Shown here in pieces: positions 36,504-46,017 of a stretch of DNA of 64,000 bases. The stretch is from assembly GCA_964195715.1 (NCBI GenBank), contig CAXMRU010000224.1, positions 13,601-77,600 of the forward strand. Direction: 5' to 3'. This DNA is from Akkermansiaceae bacterium (GTDB lineage: Bacteria > Gemmatimonadota > Gemmatimonadetes > Palauibacterales > Palauibacteraceae). Position 1 is the stretch's first letter, and each line of letters begins with the position of its first letter. The notes beneath the pieces were generated by a model. That model worked only from the letters and a program-made list of their open reading frames with translations, was not told where the DNA came from and ran no database searches. Position numbers and translations under genes: made by a program.

Positions 36504-37703
36504 TCAAGCCGGATCCAGGACTTCGATCCCCGGGAGTGTCCCCTTCGCCAGGAACTCCAACGATGCCCCACCACCCGTCGAAACATGTGAAACCGCATCG
36601 GAAAGACCGGCCTGGCGGATCGCACTGGCCGAGTCACCGCCACCAATGACCGTGAACCCGCCGCCCGCCGTGCAGTCGGCTACCGCCCGAGCGACCTCGA
36701 CTGTACCAGCATCGAAACCGTGCCTCTCGAACACGCCCATGGGCCCGTTCCAGAATACCGTCGCCGCATCGCGCACGATCGCTCCGAACGCGGCGCGAGT
36801 ATCCGGACCGATGTCCAGCGCGGCCCGGTTCGGCGGAACGCAATTCGCGGCCACCACTTCGGCCGCAGTCGCATCCGCTGCATCCGGCGGCGCCACGATG
36901 AGGTCGCTCGGTAATCGAAGCTTGTCCGGACCGATGTCCAGGAAGCGCCGCGCCGTGGGAACAGCGACTTCCTCGACGAGCGAGAGCCCGGTTCTCGCCC
37001 CGCTGGCCGCAAGGAAGGTGTTTGCCATCGCACCACCGATGAGCACGACGTCAGCGCTCTCCAGGAACGTCTCCAGCAGGCCAATCTTGTCGCCGATCTT
37101 GGCGCCACCGAGGATCACGACGAGCGGCCTGCGCCCGGCCGCGCGCAGAGTATTCAGGGCTTCGAGTTCCTTCTGGACCAGGAAACCGGCGACAGCTGGA
37201 TGAAGGAACTCAGTGACTCCGACCACGGACGCGTGGGCCCTGTGCGTACTGCCGAAGGCGTCGTTCACGAACAGATCGCCCAGCCGCGCGAACCGGGCCG
37301 CGAGATCGAGGTCGTTCTTTGTCTCACCGGGAAGGAAGCGCGTGTTCTCCAGCAGCAGCACTTCGCCGCGTGGCAGGGACTCGATCGCGTCCACCGCTTC
37401 ACTCGAGTCGGTCGACGCAACGAACCTCGCCGGCGCCCCGAGCAGCTCAGCCAGTACCGGAGCCACCGGCGCCAGAGACAACGAAGGCACTACCTGACTT
37501 TTCGGGCGTCCGAGATGCGACAGGAGGACCGGCCGGCCGCCGTGGTCCATCACGTATCGGAGGGTGGGGATCGTAGCCTCAACGCGGGTCACGTCGCCGA
37601 CCGACCCATCCTCATTCAGTGGTACGTTATAGTCGACTCGAATCAGGACCCGGCGCCCGTCCAGCTCAGAAGGCGCCAGGTCTCTCAGGCTCTTTCTCGG
37701 CAC
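36504..37703 (-). CDS. pgk: phosphoglycerate kinase
   Basis: 399 aa. RVDYNVP substrate-binding N-terminus and hinge/ATP-binding regions conserved. Confidence 0.95.
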   Translation of the reverse strand: MPRKSLRDLAPSELDGRRVLIRVDYNVPLNEDGSVGDVTRVEATIPTLRYVMDHGGRPVLLSHLGRPKSQVVPSLSLAPVAPVLAELLGAPARFVASTDSSEAVDAIESLPRGEVLLLENTRFLPGETKNDLDLAARFARLGDLFVNDAFGSTHRAHASVVGVTEFLHPAVAGFLVQKELEALNTLRAAGRRPLVVILGGAKIGDKIGLLETFLESADVVLIGGAMANTFLAASGARTGLSLVEEVAVPTARRFLDIGPDKLRLPSDLIVAPPDAADATAAEVVAANCVPPNRAALDIGPDTRAAFGAIVRDAATVFWNGPMGVFERHGFDAGTVEVARAVADCTAGGGFTVIGGGDSASAIRQAGLSDAVSHVSTGGGASLEFLAKGTLPGIEVLDPA

Positions 37704-37745
37704 GCTTCGTCCTCTCGGCCTGGCAGGTCGCTGAACCAGCTTCGC

Positions 37746-38756
37746 CTACAGACTCTGCCCGATGTAACGGGCGAGGTCCACGCAGCGCATGGAGTAGGCC
37801 CACTCGTTGTCGTACCACGAGATCACCTTCACGAGCCGGCCTGCGACGACCGACGTGGATGGCCCGTCAATGATGGAGCTATTCGGGTTACCCACGTAAT
37901 CCACCGAAACGAGAAGGCTCGCCTCGTATGCCAGTATACCCTTCAGGCTTCCTTCGGCGGCACGGCGATACGCGTCGTTGACTTCCTCGACCGTCGTATC
38001 CCGACCAAGGTTCGCGACGAGATCGACTATGGAAACGTTCGGGGTCGGCACGCGCATGGCCATTCCGTCGATCTTGCCCCTGACCGCCGGTATCACCAGC
38101 CCGGTCGCCTTTGCAGCCCCTGTCGTCGTTGGAATAATCGAGACCGCAGCCGCTCTCGCGCGCCTGAGGTCCTTGTGAGGCAGATCCAGGATGCGCTGGT
38201 CATTCGTGTAGCTGTGCACCGTTGTCATCAAGCCACTCTCGAAACCGAACTCGTCCACCAGCACCTTTACGGCCGGTGCAACGCAGTTGGTCGTGCAACT
38301 GGCGTTCGAGATGATGTCGTGACTCGCGGGATCGTAGTCGTCTCCGTTTACTCCCAGTACGATCGTAACGTCCGGGTCCGGCGCCGGAGCGGTGATCACG
38401 ACCTTCCGGGCACCGGCCTCCAGGTGCTTCGACGCGTCCGAGCGCTTGCGGAACAGGCCGGTGGCCTCGAACACGATGTCCACTCCGAGCTCCGACCACG
38501 GGAGATCCGCCGGATCGCGCACCGAGAGGACGTCGAACCGCTCACCGTCGATGACCAGGGCGTTGCCATCCACCTGGACGTCGCCGTCGTACGTACCATG
38601 CACAGAGTCGTATTTGAATAGATGTCCCAGCGTTGCCGCATCCGTCAGGTCGTTGATGGCCACGAGATCGAGCTCGCCTATTCCCTCCTGCAGCGCTGCG
38701 CGGAGGATGTTTCGCCCGATCCGCCCGAAACCATTGATCGCGATCTTGACCGACAT
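37746..38756 (-). CDS. gap: glyceraldehyde-3-phosphate dehydrogenase (type I)
   Basis: From the Met at about 38756: MSVKIAINGFGRIGRNILRA, with an ASCTTNC catalytic Cys motif. The track start at 38903 adds a 49-aa non-conserved extension. Confidence 0.9.
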   Translation of the reverse strand: MSVKIAINGFGRIGRNILRAALQEGIGELDLVAINDLTDAATLGHLFKYDSVHGTYDGDVQVDGNALVIDGERFDVLSVRDPADLPWSELGVDIVFEATGLFRKRSDASKHLEAGARKVVITAPAPDPDVTIVLGVNGDDYDPASHDIISNASCTTNCVAPAVKVLVDEFGFESGLMTTVHSYTNDQRILDLPHKDLRRARAAAVSIIPTTTGAAKATGLVIPAVRGKIDGMAMRVPTPNVSIVDLVANLGRDTTVEEVNDAYRRAAEGSLKGILAYEASLLVSVDYVGNPNSSIIDGPSTSVVAGRLVKVISWYDNEWAYSMRCVDLARYIGQSL

Positions 38757-38848
38757 ATGAATGACTCCGGTCTGAGGATTCTCTGGTTGAAGGAACCATA
38801 GCTTGCACGCGCCGAGTGTCGTGCACAAGCCCCGTCTGCGAGGGAGAA

Positions 38849-39661
38849 TCAGCCCACTTCGAGCGCCGGCGCGGTTCTGGCGAAACTCACGGCGCCGAGG
38901 CACTCCAGCCCGGCTGCCTCGAGCGCCGCCGCGCAGGCTCCGGCCGTGGAACCCGTCGTAATCACGTCGTCCACGACCACCGCCGCCAGCGCGCTCACTT
39001 CAGGCTCGCACCCGGTCCCGTCCGTCCCCATCGGCGTGTACGACACCAGCCCCTCCGCCGCACCAGGAACGATCGCGTAGGCACCGGCCGCCCTGCGCTC
39101 CCGCTGCCGTCGCCCGAGTCTCGCCTGTGACGGACCGCCGCGCACACGGCACAGCAGGTCGGCTACCTCCCAGCCCGTCAACTCGGACAGGGCGTCGGCC
39201 AGGAGCTCGGCCTGATTGAAACCGCGCTCCCTGCGTCGGGCTGGAGCGAGTGGAACGGGAACGAGGATAGGATGAGGCGAATCAGCCACCCGGTGCAGGG
39301 CCGGCAGCATACGAATCGCCATAAATTGCGCGAGCTGGGTCCATCCCCTGTACTTGAGACCGCGAACGATCCGGGCAGCAGCCCCGTCGTGCAAGCAGGC
39401 CGAGGCCGTCCGGCAGAGGTGGGGAGGCCAGCTTTCGCATTGAGAACATCCCGCCGCTCCAGCCTGATCGACGACTCGCGTAATCCCGCACCGAGGGCAT
39501 AGGGGCAGGGGAATCGGCGCCACACGCGACGCGCACAGGTCACAGATTGGAGACCGATCAGCGGAGACCGCTACGCCACACGCGGCGCACCCGCACGGGA
39601 CTACCGCGTCGCAGAAATCAGCCAGCCAACCGGCCAGCCCTCGGATAGTTCCGACCGTCAC
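38849..39661 (-). CDS. ComF-family protein (phosphoribosyltransferase domain with N-terminal Cys-rich region)
   Basis: N-terminal CGCAACG...CDLC...CPRCG Cys pairs and a C-terminal PRTase motif VVVDDVITTGST. A putative GTG start at about 39661 directly follows the aroE stop. The track start overlaps aroE. Confidence 0.65.
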   Translation of the reverse strand: MTVGTIRGLAGWLADFCDAVVPCGCAACGVAVSADRSPICDLCASRVAPIPLPLCPRCGITRVVDQAGAAGCSQCESWPPHLCRTASACLHDGAAARIVRGLKYRGWTQLAQFMAIRMLPALHRVADSPHPILVPVPLAPARRRERGFNQAELLADALSELTGWEVADLLCRVRGGPSQARLGRRQRERRAAGAYAIVPGAAEGLVSYTPMGTDGTGCEPEVSALAAVVVDDVITTGSTAGACAAALEAAGLECLGAVSFARTAPALEVG

Positions 39662-40518
39662 CCTGCGGACCCGAGATTCAGACCATCCCTTGCCGCCGCC
39701 CACATGGTGACCGTCGTCCCCTCGCGAATGCTCTCCACACCGAACCAGCGCTCGAGGCTGAGCACGGCCTGCCGGACAAGCATCGAGAGACCGTCGGTTG
39801 CGGGTACTCCCGCGGACGCCGCCGCCCGGGTCCACTCCGTACCTCCGCGGCCGTACACGAGATCGAAGGCGAACCGTACTATCACATCGCCGAACGATAG
39901 CGGCAGCAGATCAACGGGCTCGATACCCAGGCTCGTGGAGTTCACAACGAGCTCATACGTGGTCACGGATCCAGGCGGCACGGCAACGGTCCTGGCGATC
40001 TTCTCCAATCCCAGTTCTTCAATCAGTCTCTCGGCCCGCTCGGCGGTACGGTTGTGAATGTCCAAACGCTTGACCCCGGCCGACTCACAGGCGACGGCCA
40101 CTGCGCGTGCCGCCCCACCGGCGCCCAACAGAAGCACCTTCGCGCCAGCCAGGTCGATCCCGTCCAGGTCCCCCGTGGCGTGCAGGAATCCTCCGACGTC
40201 GGTGTTGTCACCAACCAGGCGCCCCGACTCATCGAGCCAGAAGCAGTTGCACGCTCCCGTTCGCTTCGCGTACGGCCGGACAACATCCACGATTCGAGCG
40301 GCGTCTTCCTTGTGCGGAACTGTCACGTTCCCGCCGCCGGAGGCAGCCAGATCCCGCATCTCCCGGTCGAGCGCATCCAGGTCGCCTCCGGGGACCCGGA
40401 CCGCTTCGTACGAAGCATCAATGCCAAGATGGCCGAATGCAGCACGGTACATCGAGGGTGAGAGCGAGTGGGCTACGGGATCGCCGAGCAGGCCGTAACG
40501 CCGGAGACCCCCGGTCAT
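39658..40518 (-). CDS. aroE: shikimate dehydrogenase
   Basis: YGLLGDPVAHSLSP N-terminus, NVTVPHK region and GAGGAARAV Rossmann motif. The Met at about 40518 overlaps the upstream stop (ATGA). Confidence 0.85.
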   Translation of the reverse strand: MTGGLRRYGLLGDPVAHSLSPSMYRAAFGHLGIDASYEAVRVPGGDLDALDREMRDLAASGGGNVTVPHKEDAARIVDVVRPYAKRTGACNCFWLDESGRLVGDNTDVGGFLHATGDLDGIDLAGAKVLLLGAGGAARAVAVACESAGVKRLDIHNRTAERAERLIEELGLEKIARTVAVPPGSVTTYELVVNSTSLGIEPVDLLPLSFGDVIVRFAFDLVYGRGGTEWTRAAASAGVPATDGLSMLVRQAVLSLERWFGVESIREGTTVTMWAAARDGLNLGSAG

Positions 40519-40979
40519 CCGTCCCCGGAAAGGTCGTCGAGGATCCCGGCCACGCACTCTTCCAACAGCCGGGCCGTTTCCTCGTAAACGGCTTCATCTC
40601 CACCATGGGGATCCGACACCGGAGCGCCGTGGAGAACGTGGTCGGAAGGGAGGAAGTCCGTGGCCAGTGCGGCCGTGATCTCGTGAACGCATCCGGTCGG
40701 GAGCGCCCGGACATGTGACGGACTCATGCCCACCACCAGGTCTACTCCCGCCAGGCTCTCGGCATCGAAAGGACGAGACCGATGCATGGAAAGGTCAGCG
40801 CCTCGCCGGGCCGCGGCCCGCAACGCGTGCCTCGTGGCCGGCGCACCTTCGACGGCGAAAGTCCCGGCGGAAGCCACGGTCAGCTCGAGACCCCGGAGGT
40901 GGGCTCCCCGACGGGTAAACGCCTCCGCCAGAGGGCTGCGACAGGTGTTCCCCGTGCACACGAACAGGACCGAAGTCAT
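40515..40979 (-). CDS. low-molecular-weight phosphatase, YwlE-like (P-loop CTGNTCRSP, i.e. Thr at the position that confers phospho-arginine specificity in B. subtilis YwlE)
   Basis: From the Met at about 40979: MTSVLFVCTGNTCRSPLAEAF..., with an Asp-Pro general-acid loop (VSDPHGG). It lacks the Cys pair of ArsC-type LMW arsenate reductases. The track ORF (284 aa) is over-extended. Confidence 0.7.
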   Translation of the reverse strand: MTSVLFVCTGNTCRSPLAEAFTRRGAHLRGLELTVASAGTFAVEGAPATRHALRAAARRGADLSMHRSRPFDAESLAGVDLVVGMSPSHVRALPTGCVHEITAALATDFLPSDHVLHGAPVSDPHGGDEAVYEETARLLEECVAGILDDLSGDG

Positions 40980-41626
40980 GAACGCCGAATCCCACGCAGG
41001 CAGTCCAGAATCGACTCTGCCGGCAACGCTCCCTCTCGCAGCACGGCAGGCTCGGCGCCCGCCAGAGACACCAGCGTGGACGGAGGAGGGCCTGGCAGAT
41101 CGCCTGCATCGACAAGCAGGATCGGAATCCCCGCGTCCGGCATTCGATCCAGGTTCCGTTTCGCCTCGATGCTCGTCACGGCAGGAAACTCGCCCGCCCG
41201 GTTGAGGCTGGTCGAGCTGATCGGAGCTCCCCAGGCACGGAGGACGGACCCGAGCACGGGGTGGCCCTCGACCCTCACGGCGACGCCCGTCCCCGTGCCA
41301 TCGTCCAGCACGAGCGTCAGGGGACCCGGCCAGAACGTGTCCGCGAGCACCTCCGCCCAGGGATTCCACTCGAGAGCCGGGAAGGAGCTCTGGATAACCG
41401 TCGCGTCCGCGGCAATCCGAACGAGGGGAAACTCCTCGACCCCACGGCCCTTCAAGGCGGCCACGCGAGAATCCACCTCGGCCAGGCAGGCGCCGCCAAT
41501 GCCGTAAACGGTGTCGGTAGGGTGCGCCAGTATGCCCTGCGCGCGCAGAACTTTTACGGCGCGCTCCACGACCCGTGCCAGGCTCGCCGGCTCGCCCGAT
41601 GCCGCGACTTCCTCAAACCGAGCCAA
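40976..41626 (-). CDS. tsaC: L-threonylcarbamoyladenylate synthase (TsaC/YrdC/Sua5 domain)
   Basis: 216 aa. ILAHPTDTVYGIGG and SSTSLNRAGE regions are typical of YrdC-like proteins. The stop overlaps the phosphatase start. Confidence 0.8.
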   Translation of the reverse strand: MARFEEVAASGEPASLARVVERAVKVLRAQGILAHPTDTVYGIGGACLAEVDSRVAALKGRGVEEFPLVRIAADATVIQSSFPALEWNPWAEVLADTFWPGPLTLVLDDGTGTGVAVRVEGHPVLGSVLRAWGAPISSTSLNRAGEFPAVTSIEAKRNLDRMPDAGIPILLVDAGDLPGPPPSTLVSLAGAEPAVLREGALPAESILDCLRGIRRS

Positions 41627-42320
41627 TCGGCCCGTTCCGTTCCGCGGGTGGCCGAACCCTGCCCGAATCGATCAGCCACTCAGCCAGCGCGAGGTCTTCG
41701 GCCGTCGTGATCTTCACGTTGTGCGGGTCTCCCTCGACGGCCACCACTCGGTAACCCTGCACCTCGCAGAGGGCCGCATCATCCGAAGCGGCTCGCGACG
41801 TTCGTTCTGCCCAGGCGTGCACCTCGCGGATCAGTCGAGCGCGAAACCCCTGCGGGGTCTGTGCTCTCGCGAGTCTCGAACGATCGACGGTTTCCAGGAC
41901 CGTGCCGCTCTCCAGGCGCTTGATCGTGTCCACGACGGGGAGCACGGGAAGGGCCGCGCCCTCGTCGGCCGCCGCCGCCAGAACCCTCTCGATCACTGCA
42001 GCCGTCACGAAGGGACGGGCCGCGTCGTGAATGAGCACGAGATCCGAGTCGGCGGACACGGCATCGACGCCGCGACCGGCGCTCTCCCTGCGCGTGCCCC
42101 CACCCGCACAGCATCTCACGCCCACTCCAACAAGCCACCCGGGTGGGCTCTCCACCATCCCGGCAGGAAGCACTACAACGACCTCACCGACGGAGGGATG
42201 CTCGACCATGGCGCGTACGCTCCACAGCAGCAGCGGGATCCCTCCGAGCAGCAGGAACTGCTTGGGACTCCCCAGGCGTTCGCCTTTTCCAGCTGCCACG
42301 ACCACTGCCGCCACCTTCAC
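41613..42320 (-). CDS. ispD: 2-C-methyl-D-erythritol 4-phosphate cytidylyltransferase
   Basis: 235 aa. VVVAAGKGERLG and IHDAARPF motifs. Confidence 0.85.
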   Translation of the reverse strand: MKVAAVVVAAGKGERLGSPKQFLLLGGIPLLLWSVRAMVEHPSVGEVVVVLPAGMVESPPGWLVGVGVRCCAGGGTRRESAGRGVDAVSADSDLVLIHDAARPFVTAAVIERVLAAAADEGAALPVLPVVDTIKRLESGTVLETVDRSRLARAQTPQGFRARLIREVHAWAERTSRAASDDAALCEVQGYRVVAVEGDPHNVKITTAEDLALAEWLIDSGRVRPPAERNGPIGSV

Positions 42321-43675
42321 GGGGCCTCCTCTCGCTCCAGGAGGTCCGCAATCTCTCTCACGTGCCTGATGAACTGCACGTCGGCGTTCCCGGTCAGCTC
42401 ACGCTCCAGAGCTGCGGGTGCCACGATTCTGGTGAGCCTGGCCCCACGAGCGGCGCGGAGCCTGGCCTCGCCGTGCGACACGCCGCGCACTTCTCCCCCC
42501 AGGCCCACCTCACCGAAGAATGCGAACCCTGAAGGATACGGTAGATCCGCACCTGCGGAGGCGAGCGCTGCCACCACGGCCAGGTCCGCGGCCGGGTCCG
42601 CCATTCGAAGCCCGCCCACGACACTCACGAAGACGTCCTGCTCTCCGAGCGCGACTCCTGCCTTCTTCTCCAGTACGGCGAGCAGAATTGCGAGTCGTCG
42701 ACCGGGAAAGCCGGTACAGACGCGTTGAGGAGACGCGAACCGCGCCCGTGTGGTCAGCGCCTGGACCTCGGCCAGAATCGGCCTGCTTCCATGCACCGGA
42801 ATCGCGACGGCGGCGCCGCCGGTCTCGGTCGTCTCTTGCGACAGGAACAGAGCCGACGGATCCGGCACCGCCTCAAGCCCGCCAGCCCCCATTCGAAACG
42901 CAGCCATCTCGTCAACTCTTCCGAACCGGTTCTTCGAGCTCCGCAGGATCCGGTGCTCGCCCGATCGCTGCCCCTCGAAATAGAGCACCACGTCGACCAG
43001 ATGCTCCAGGGTGCGAGGACCCGCGAGCGCTCCGCCCTTGGTCACGTGACCCACCAGGAAGCAAGCGACGCCAGCGGCCTTCACCTCCCGTTGCAGGGCC
43101 GAGGCCACCTCCCGCACCTGCGCCACCCCACCCGGCGCCGACGTCATCTGCCTGGAGTTCATGCTCTGGATGGAGTCGACGCACAGTACCGCCGGACGGC
43201 ACCGGTGCAGCGCTGACACGATGTCCTCGAGATCACTCGATGCCAGGAATTCAACGTCGGAAGCCGTACCAAGACGATCCGCCCGCAGCGCCACCTGCTC
43301 CGCGGACTCTTCCCCCGACACATACAGGACTCCCGCCCCCCGACCCACCAGGTCGCCCGCGAGCTGAAGCAGCAGAGTCGACTTGCCGATCCCGGGAGCC
43401 CCGCCGAGCAACACCACTGAACCAGGCACCAACCCGCCACCAAGCACCCTGTCGACGTCGCCGAACCCGGTGGTGATCCTGCGGGACCGTCCTCCATTCG
43501 CCTCGCCCAGCCGTCTCACCCGACTCCTGCCTCGCGCGCCGGCGCGAACGTCCGGCTTGCTGGCGACGTTCTCAACCAGCGAGTTCCACTCGCCGCACGT
43601 CGGGCAGCGACCCTCCCAGCGGAGAGACTCCGCGCCGCAGTCCCGGCACACGAATACGGTTCGGACGCGACTCAT
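42317..43675 (-). CDS. radA: DNA repair protein RadA/Sms
   Basis: 452 aa. N-terminal zinc finger CRDCGAESLRWEGRCPTCGEW, Walker A GAPGIGKST, KNRFG motif and a Lon-like C-terminal domain. Confidence 0.9.
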   Translation of the reverse strand: MSRVRTVFVCRDCGAESLRWEGRCPTCGEWNSLVENVASKPDVRAGARGRSRVRRLGEANGGRSRRITTGFGDVDRVLGGGLVPGSVVLLGGAPGIGKSTLLLQLAGDLVGRGAGVLYVSGEESAEQVALRADRLGTASDVEFLASSDLEDIVSALHRCRPAVLCVDSIQSMNSRQMTSAPGGVAQVREVASALQREVKAAGVACFLVGHVTKGGALAGPRTLEHLVDVVLYFEGQRSGEHRILRSSKNRFGRVDEMAAFRMGAGGLEAVPDPSALFLSQETTETGGAAVAIPVHGSRPILAEVQALTTRARFASPQRVCTGFPGRRLAILLAVLEKKAGVALGEQDVFVSVVGGLRMADPAADLAVVAALASAGADLPYPSGFAFFGEVGLGGEVRGVSHGEARLRAARGARLTRIVAPAALERELTGNADVQFIRHVREIADLLEREEAP

Positions 43676-43763
43676 GGTCCCCGAGGTTTGTTGAGGTAAG
43701 CGCCGGTTCCCGACAGGGGATGATGCCCGCGAATCAACTGCCTCTCATCCGCGCCACGCTCAG

Positions 43764-45155
43764 TTATGCGTTCGATGGGCGGACGGCCGACTCAAAGAGC
43801 GTGTAATTCTTATGGAAATAGAGCCCTACCGTGCCCGTCGGACCATTACGCTGCTTACCGATGATCAGACTGGTCTTTCCCTCTATCGACTCGCCCGAAT
43901 CGTCGACCATGTCCTCCGGTCTTCGGTAGACTTCCTCCCGGTAGACGAAGAGAACCAGGTCTGCGTCCTGCTCGATCGCCCCCGACTCCCGCAGGTCTGC
44001 CAGCACGGGTCTCTTGTCGGTTCGCTGCTCGGGCGCCCGTGAGAGCTGCGAGAGCGCCACGACCGGAACATTGAGCTCCTTGGCGATCGCCTTGATGGAC
44101 CTCGAGATCGAGCTGATCTCCTGCTGCCTGTTTTCCGCGTTGCCTGGGCCCGTCATGAGCTGGAGGTAGTCGACGATGATCAGTCCAAGATCCACCTCTG
44201 CGGCCAGGCGGCGTGCCTTGGCTCGCACCTCCAGCGCCGTGATCGCCGGCGAGTCGTCGATCCAGATCGGAGCCGTGTTCAGGTGACCGGCGGCCGTGGC
44301 AAGCCGGGCATACTCGTCGTCTTGAAGCCTGCCCCGTCTGAGACGACCGGAGTCCACACGTCCCTCCGAGCAAAGGAGACGCTGAACGAGCGACTCCTTC
44401 GACATCTCCAATGAGAAAACCGCCACCGGAATTTCCTTCGCGATCGCAGCGTGCTGCGCGAAATTCAGGGCCAACGCCGTCTTGCCCATCGACGGCCTTC
44501 CCGCCACGATGATCAGGTCGCCCTTCTGAAACCCGGCCGTGAGGTTGTCCAGGTCGGGGAATCCACTTGGCACTCCCGTTACCGATCCGGGGCTGCTCTG
44601 CAGTTCCTCGATCCTCTCAAACGTCGGCCACAGGATCTCCTTGATCCACACGAAGCCCTGTCGCTGCGATGCCTGCGCGATCTGGAAGATCCGTTGTTCC
44701 GCCCGGTCGAGCGTGTCATCGACTTCCCCGGCGGGAGCGTCGTATGCATCCCGCACGATGTCCGTTGCCGAGTCGATCAGCTGCCGCAACACTGACTTGT
44801 CACGGAGAATCCGGCAGTGGTACTCGATGTTGGCAGCAGTCGGCACCGCATCTACGAGGCGTGCCAGGTAGGCCATCCCGCCGGCTCCGTCCAGTTCGCC
44901 GGAAGACTTGAGTTCGTCCGACAGGGTCACCACGTCGATGACCTCACCGCGCGAGTATAGACGCACCATCGCACGAAAGATCCGGCGGTTGGCCTCCCGG
45001 TAGAACGAACCGTCCCCCACCGTCTCGATGGCCCGCGCTACGGCGACTCCATCCATGAGCATAGCGGACAGGACTGAGATCTCGGCTTCCTCCGACCACG
45101 GGACCTGCCGTCCCGCCACGACGCCGTCGACGGGTATCAATGAAGGCTCAGCCAT
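43764..45155 (-). CDS. dnaB: replicative DNA helicase DnaB
   Basis: 463 aa. N-terminal EEAEISVLSAMLMDG, Walker A GRPSMGKT and an RecA-like C-terminal domain. No intein. Confidence 0.9.
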   Translation of the reverse strand: MAEPSLIPVDGVVAGRQVPWSEEAEISVLSAMLMDGVAVARAIETVGDGSFYREANRRIFRAMVRLYSRGEVIDVVTLSDELKSSGELDGAGGMAYLARLVDAVPTAANIEYHCRILRDKSVLRQLIDSATDIVRDAYDAPAGEVDDTLDRAEQRIFQIAQASQRQGFVWIKEILWPTFERIEELQSSPGSVTGVPSGFPDLDNLTAGFQKGDLIIVAGRPSMGKTALALNFAQHAAIAKEIPVAVFSLEMSKESLVQRLLCSEGRVDSGRLRRGRLQDDEYARLATAAGHLNTAPIWIDDSPAITALEVRAKARRLAAEVDLGLIIVDYLQLMTGPGNAENRQQEISSISRSIKAIAKELNVPVVALSQLSRAPEQRTDKRPVLADLRESGAIEQDADLVLFVYREEVYRRPEDMVDDSGESIEGKTSLIIGKQRNGPTGTVGLYFHKNYTLFESAVRPSNA

Positions 45156-46017
45156 CTCGACCTCCCAGGGTCAACTGCCCCTGTGACCCGGCAGGGGGGT
45201 CCGGTTTGTCCGGGCGCGTCGCCGGTTCACTCTCCACTTGCTCACGAAGCGTCGACCCACCGTGTTCGCCGTCCACGATTCGGCGCGCCAACTGGAGGTC
45301 GTGCCACGAGGGTCGTGTCCAACCGGGATTCCTGAGCAGGGCCGCCGGGTGATAGGTCACGACCAGCGGATATCCTTCGTACAGATGCGTCCGGCCCCGC
45401 AAGTGTCGGAGCGAGTCTCGCGTTCCCAGAAGCGTCTGAGCGGCAAAGGTCCCAAGGGCCACGATGACAGCCGGTCTGACGAGCTCGACTTGCCGGAGCA
45501 TGAACGGCGAGCAGGCCTCGATCTCATCCGGAAGCGGATTCCGGTTACCTGGCGGCCGACACTTGAGAACGTTGCAGATGAATACTTCGGACCTGGAGAA
45601 CCCGACGCTGAGCAGCAACCGGTCCAGGAGCTTGCCGGCCCTGCCCACGAACGGCAGGCCTGTGCGGTCCTCGTTGGCGCCTGGAGCCTCGCCGACACAC
45701 AGGATCCTTGCCTCGGCCGGCCCGTCCGCGAACACGACCTTCGTCCGCGTCGAATGCAGCCCACATCGACTGCAGGCTTCCGCCACCCGCCGCAGATTCT
45801 CCATATCGGAGATGCCGAGGATGTCCTCCCGGGTTCCCTCTCTCGCTATTCGGCCCGAGTCCGTGCCTGCCGGAGCCGGGTCCTCCACGTCGAACGCAGT
45901 GCCGCGCACGGCATCGAGGACGTCGTCACGACTGGCGCCGGACAGAAATACCTCCGGGACGCCCAAGGCCTCCCGGCCACGCAGGTAGCTTCGCAGTGCG
46001 TCCCGGGTCACGTTCAC
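45148..46017 (-). CDS. uracil-DNA glycosylase, family 4, with N- and C-terminal extensions
   Basis: GEAPG(A)NED motif A, a 4Fe-4S Cys set (CSRCGL...C...C) and the HPAALLR motif B. At 289 aa it is longer than the typical ~200 aa. Overlaps the dnaB start by 8 nt and the coaBC stop by 4 nt. Confidence 0.75.
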   Translation of the reverse strand: MNVTRDALRSYLRGREALGVPEVFLSGASRDDVLDAVRGTAFDVEDPAPAGTDSGRIAREGTREDILGISDMENLRRVAEACSRCGLHSTRTKVVFADGPAEARILCVGEAPGANEDRTGLPFVGRAGKLLDRLLLSVGFSRSEVFICNVLKCRPPGNRNPLPDEIEACSPFMLRQVELVRPAVIVALGTFAAQTLLGTRDSLRHLRGRTHLYEGYPLVVTYHPAALLRNPGWTRPSWHDLQLARRIVDGEHGGSTLREQVESEPATRPDKPDPPAGSQGQLTLGGRDG

